Shown here in pieces: positions 58,149-64,000 of a DNA stretch of 64,000 nucleotides. The notes below the pieces were generated by a model, which worked only from the letters and a program-made list of their open reading frames with translations, ran no database searches and was not told the DNA's origin. A program made the position numbers and the translations under genes. Each line of letters opens with the position of its first letter. Positions within the stretch are counted from its first letter, which is position 1. The stretch is from Orbicella franksi (lineage: Eukaryota). The stretch is taken from positions 11,408,001 to 11,472,000 of the forward strand of contig OZ116705.1 in NCBI GenBank assembly GCA_964199315.1, written 5' to 3'.

Positions 58149-61100
58149 ATGAATGTTTCTGCGTTCCTCATTTTTGTGTCATCGATTTCAATAATGCTTC
58201 GTCCAACGCAAGCTCATGGTGAGTTCGAAAATGTCCTTACATTTTCATTGATAGCCTTTCAGTCGCGTTTTACACTATCCTACTTTGTGTATCCTAACAT
58301 CCACTTGTCTGTGCTGGCATCCCAAACTCTGCCTTATAAGCGGGTTGAGTTTGTTGTGGGTTCTTCTCTTCAACCTCTTCTTCTCGGTCATATTTTCTCC
58401 CGGGTACTCCTATTTTGCTATCTTTATGAATACCGACATTTTAAAACTCCAATTTGACCAAGAATGCGAGTTTGTCTGAGTTTGTCTGAACACCGTCAAT
58501 ATTTTCATTCAGCTGGAACTCGCCAAGATCACGCAAAATTGTCATGATAAAATTTTCTCAGGTAAAACTGACATGATATTTCATTAATCACTCAGAAAAA
58601 CGGAGAAAAATGCGTTTTTTTGGTAACATTTTTATCTCCTGTCTGTCTCTTTTGGGAAAGCAGTTTCGTTCCTTAATTGACGATTCGCGAAAAGTTTAAA
58701 AGATAAGACCCATGCAAAAATATAAATGAACTTATTTGGTTCAATAGTTTTCTCGATAATGATGATAACGAAGGTGATAATCAAGAGACTATCATCCAGA
58801 TCACAGTCTTTTGTGGTCGTTTGGGAAACTAATCTTCTAAAAGTTGCAGTTCAGTCATTTTTGTCTTTTTTGTCCTTCGTGGAAGCTTTGTTTATTTAGC
58901 ACTCTTTGGTATTTTAAAGCCGATAGTTGTAATGTCAAAATACTGTATGATAAAGAAAACTATTTTCAAGGAGATTTCAAGTTCTTGATGTATCATCGCT
59001 AAGTTTTCCACAAGTGACATTTGAATAAATTTACCGGAATTTATTAGTAATTTGTCTCACAATTTTATTGCGCATCTACGAGGCAATTTGCACGAAGCGT
59101 CGTCTAGTGTAAATCTCCCTGAATTGGACATGTCTCGCACGTTTTCGTGACAGCAATGCAAGGCATGTTAATAGCCAAGTGCAACAGCGCCTTTTGACAC
59201 GATTGCCGACGCATAATCCTTTACAAGAGTTGGTACGAGAAATTGCTACTTGCATTTATCTTATAGCATCACTACATTCTTAAAAATAATTCTCAGTCAG
59301 TCAGCACATAAATAAAGACGAAGAGGAAGCTAGAATATCAAAACCAGCTATTTTCTTACTAGATGGGAAATAAGAGGTCTGTAAAATGCATGTCTAGTTT
59401 GTATTATATCGCCTAAAAAAGAATGTTGCTGCATTTTTCGTTAATAAAATCGGCAAGGTGATCTTTGAGGAGAGATCTTTCAAAAATCTTCGAAGGGCAC
59501 GGAAATTTGGAGTTCAAACGGCAAATATGCGAAATGCGGGCTTTCTTGTTACAGTCTAACAAACATATCCTACTATACGTAATGCTGTTCTTAAAAAATA
59601 AATTATCTGAATTTAATCATAAACAAAAATAGGAACTTTATGCCCATGGGTTGTGTCACAGTTTTCTTCGGTCAGTCTTCTGTAATTAAGATAATTATCC
59701 TTTGAATTCTGTAGCCTAAAACTAAAAACGACTTCTTTCGTGCTCCAAAGCACTCGAGAATCAATAAAGGAAGTTATTACCAGTAACAGGTGGATTTAAA
59801 ATACCCCATTTTCCTCACAGTATGAAATTACCGTATGTCATCATTGAAACCCCTCAATTAGTCAAATTATGCGGAAAACATCTTTCTTGTTTAAGTATGT
59901 TGCGGTTTGAAGGCCAGTATGCGGTTTTCTCTTGAGCGAGCGAACTCGAGCGTTTCATTTGTTTTCTTTCGTTTTGTGTATTTGTTGAACTTTTTTGTCT
60001 TCTTTTGGTCTAAGCGAGCGTTATCTTGGATTCAGTAAGTTGAAGAAAGCAAACAAAAAGTTAGGTTGATGCGTAAATAAATTTAACAAGCTCTTTTCCA
60101 GAAAAAACGCCAGCGTTACAGGTTATTACATAATACAACAGACCACATATAAAAACGTAGTAAATGTTTTTCTTGCACGCTACAAGGAAAAAATTTTGAA
60201 AATGCTACAATCACCGGTTATTTTGGCTTTTGTTTGAGGAAAACTCTGGCAGGTAAATCGCTTAATTATCGCGATGTCATCGTTTTCGAAAAGCTCTGTT
60301 TTCAAAATGTTTCCCGTCCACGCACACTAAAACGCAAGCCGCCGTTTTCAAATTCCTCCTGTTTGAAGAGCGTTTTCATAACGGGTTAGAGGAGACGGTA
60401 GGTCTACGCATAGAAAGATAGCCGTGTTTTCAAATTCCTCCTGTTGGAAGAGCGTTTTCATGACGAGTTAGAGGAGACGGTAGGCCTAACCATAGAAAGA
60501 AAGCCGTGTTTTCAAATTCCTTCTGTTCGAAGAGCGTTTTCGTGACGGATTAGAGGAGACGGCAGGCCTAACCGTAGAAAGATAGCCGTGTTTTCAAATT
60601 TCTCCACTGTAGTGTGGACGCAGCCTGAGTTTTTCACCTCTCTTTTTCACTTAATGAAGTAAATTTCAATGATTCCCTCACCAGCCGTTCCCTAAATTTA
60701 TTTCAAGATTGGTTACAAACAACACTGTGTAATAACAGGTGGCTGTTGTGTCGCTGCCATTCATAGGATTTTGGCAAATTGACACTCAGCTATAAGAGAG
60801 CGAGATGCTCGCTTGCATCTAACAGTTAATTAATTAAGAAACATATTATGGAAGACTCCATATTTTTCTCTCCGTACGACAGTTTCAGAAGCTGGCATAA
60901 GTATGGCCATCACGGTGCTTCTGATGTCTCAGATGTTTTATAAACTGGACGCTCAGCAGTGTATAATTCAAGGCAAATATTCCATCCGTGGCATGATGTT
61001 GAAAGGACATACCTTCATCGAGGAGAGGACCGGAATTGGGCTTAATTGTTTAGACAAGTGTGATGATGACGTCAGATGTCAAAGCTTTAACTACGTCATC

Positions 61101-63875
61101 AGCCAAGGCATATGTGAGTTGAACAACCGCACCAAAGAAGCCAGACCTGAAGATTTTGTTCCGGACTGCGATCGGTTCTATATTAAACGATTCAGGGAAA
61201 GAGGTATTGTTCTTCTTTGAATGTTCATCTCCATCTTTTTTTTAAGGATAGTACTCGTATCTTATACGAGCGTGCCCAGAATCTCATTGCATCCCGAGGA
61301 CAATAAACAAAGCCCGCAGTTTTTCGTGAAGAGTGCTTAAAAAAAAGTGGTGTTTAGTAATGACAAGAAAGCGCTAAAAAAACAATATTTTTGACTTTTC
61401 TATTTTTAGTTCCCCTCGGATCCATTCCCGAGTTGCCAGCTGAGTCGTGCGCCGAGATCAGGGCGAGTGAAGGAGAAGATGCAGTCAGCGGTAATTACTG
61501 GTTCGATTCAACTAAACCTGGCGAGGCAGTCCTGGCTCGTTGTGACATGTCTAAACTAGGTAACTATACGTTCGGGGTTTTACCTTGATTTATTATTTAC
61601 AAACTTCTTGCAATAAGCCTCATCTACGCGCTATAAAATGCCTAAACTTCCAGGCTGTTTCTGTGAGTCTGTGATTAGAGACTCTGTATTTTACAAAACA
61701 AGGCATATTTGCGAAAAGTGCAACTTTGGCGCTAAATCAAATTTTTACGAACTTTTATATTTAGGTTATGTTACCTTTCTATTAATGTAATAACCAGGAG
61801 TGTGTTTTAATAAACCCTTCCAATAAGCGTCTCCATATCGAAAAGAACGTTCAAGACATGGACATAGGCTGTTTAATTTATGAGATACTCTTCATAAAGA
61901 AGAGCCCAGCTTTAAAACCCAATCAGGGTCCATCCGACCAAAACTATTTGTTCGGATTAAAACAGGTTTCAGATCTGCTATCTTCTCTAGACTAATAATT
62001 AACAGGCAAACAGGCTCCATCTTCCCCGTGCAACTGACAGCGGGTGGTCAGAACCAGAAGATTCTCACCCAGCAAGAAGTTGTTTGTGGAACAGATATAT
62101 TTCAAGGAGCAGATCCGTTGCCATTCCCAGACTGGATTATGATAGTGATGGATATCTGATAAAGATATTGTGTTTTTCTTTATAAAAAGCAAAAAACTCT
62201 CTGAAAGTTAGTTAGTTAATGATCTCTTTTGCCTATTTGCTCCGAGTCGGGTTCCGTCAAGTGTAACAACATAAGCAATTGCATTTTAATCCTTTCAATC
62301 TTATCTTCTAAAACAGATATCGATGACTGTGCAAGTCATCCCTGTAAGAACAACGGGACCTGTACAGACCGAGTTAACGGATTCAACTGCAGCTGTGCAC
62401 CAGGATTTAATGGCACAAAATGTGAAACAGGTAACTATATCCAAAATTCATTTTCCTTCGATTTTTATACTGGTTGAAGAGAGGAGAAACATATATTTTT
62501 GCTTATGCATATTTGGTTAAAGAAAAGCACACTTTTTTCCCACAACTTTCTTTTGTCTCCATAATTCTGTCCAATTGACCTATCCAAGTCTCTAAGGAGC
62601 GAAATTTGGGGCGTTAAACGATCTTATGCATTTTTGGTTATTTTGCAGATATTGTTGTTGTGGGTTCTATCGTATACGGTACAATCCCAAGTTAAAGCCC
62701 TGGGATCATATAACGTCATAAGGGGTTTTGTGTGGGCTTAAAGACGGGGGGTGGGGTGCTTATATCCGGGGGCGGGAATATAAGTGGAATAAAAATAATG
62801 TTTCGGAACGACGATATAAAACGTAACTGAGCAACTAATTAAAGCTAACATACCAATACATTTAGAACTATTAGATTTTTAATACATTTATTGTGCGTAA
62901 CAATAAACGGAGAATATGTTTTAAAAACATCTATAAAACACTAGTGTGACTGGAACAACTGGAAAGGAACAGAACGTTATCTGATTTATACATTAGATGG
63001 GCTCGTATCCGGTTTTGGGGGAGAGGGGGGGGGGGAGCGCTAATATCTGGAATAATATCTCTGTTAGCAAATAGAAGGGTTTATATCCGGGGAGGCTTTA
63101 ACATGGTATTTTACGGTATGACCGTTATTAACTTTCTACCTTATCCCTTTAAAACAGATATCGATGACTGTACAAGTCAACTCTGTAAGAACAACGGGAA
63201 GTGCACAGACCGAGTGAACGGATTCAACTGCAGCTGTGCACCAGGATTTAATGGCACACAATGTGAAACAGGTAACTATAGCTAAAACTAGTTAATTTTC
63301 TTTCAAATTCTACGGGTTTTAATCTCTTTCTAAGTTGTTTGCAGTGTTGTATCTTTTAACTTCAAGTATAGTTTTGTTATTGAGTTTTGTTGTTGGTTGT
63401 TGCAGGTTCTACCGAATGTGACCGTTATTAACTTTCTGCCTTATCACCTTGAAACAGATATCGATGATTGCGCAAGTCATCCCTGTAAGAACAACGGGAC
63501 CTGTACAGACCGAGTCAACGGATTCAACTGCAGCTGTGCACCAGGATTTAATGGCACACAATGTGAAACAGGTAACTATGACCAAAATTAGTTAATTTTC
63601 ATTCAAATTCTACGGGTTTTAATCTCTCTCTAAGTTCTTTGCGCGCAGTGTTGTATTTTTTAACTTCAAGCATAGTTTTGTTATTGAGTTTTGTTGTTAG
63701 TTGTTGCAGGTTCTATCGAATGTGACCGTTATTAACTTTCTGCCTTATCACCTTGAAACAGATATCGATGATTGCGCAAGTCATCCCTGTAAGAACAACG
63801 GGACCTGTACAGACCGAGTGAACGGATTCAACTGCAGCTGCGCACCAGGATTTAATGGAATGAAATGTGAAACAG
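58149..63875 (+). CDS. Cluster copy D: secreted PAN-like / FReD-N-like / >=4x cbEGF protein, continues beyond window
   Basis: Exons 58149-58218, 60883-61203, 61410-61559, 62317-62430, 63158-63271, 63458-63571, 63762-63875; open frame, phase 1; last intron matches the intron preceding EGF_CA in copy C. Confidence 0.87.
60345..60600 (+). repeat. 82-bp tandem repeat (3 units) inside a MITE-like element in intron 1 of copy D
   Basis: TTTTCAAATTCC... starts at 60345, 60427, 60509, 60591; 2 units at ~38305-38490 and 1 near 43430 in paralogs. Confidence 0.8.
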
Positions 63876-64000
63876 GTAATCGAAACAGATAACCTCACCA
63901 ACCTTATCGTTCGTGTAAATGATAAAACAGCAAAGTTAACAAAGATTGGGAGCCAATCAAAAGGTGTATTTCCTAGAAATATACAGCCACTGGAAAAGGG

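Overview
AT-rich, intron-rich animal DNA, most likely from a stony coral or other anthozoan (inferred from protein and repeat types). I found no rRNA, true tRNA genes, CRISPR or prokaryotic genes. The window is dominated by a + strand tandem cluster of paralogous secreted multidomain genes built from phase-1 exons: signal-peptide exon / PAN-apple-like exon / short fibrinogen-COLFI N-terminal-like exon / variable number of 114-bp Ca-binding EGF exons / EGF_CA exon / uromodulin-GP2-type D8C exon. Copy A (4919-17510) has 5 EGF exons and is broken by a BEL/Pao LTR element nested in an RTE LINE. Copy B is an orphan first exon (36052-36121). Copy C is complete (40992-52368, 496 aa). Copy D runs off the window end (58149->63875). 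Two orphan exons of a coral USOMP5-like C-terminal module lie at 22124-24649. Intergenic and intronic space is packed with TE relics (BEL, RTE, L1/Tx1, Penelope, SINEs, P-like, Harbinger-like, Kolobok-like, TA-flanked MITEs) and contains a stand-alone chromodomain ORF. Most notable: EGF exon number expanded independently in each paralog via different repeat units, one of them involving the LTR element. Domain and family names come from motif recognition, not database searches.
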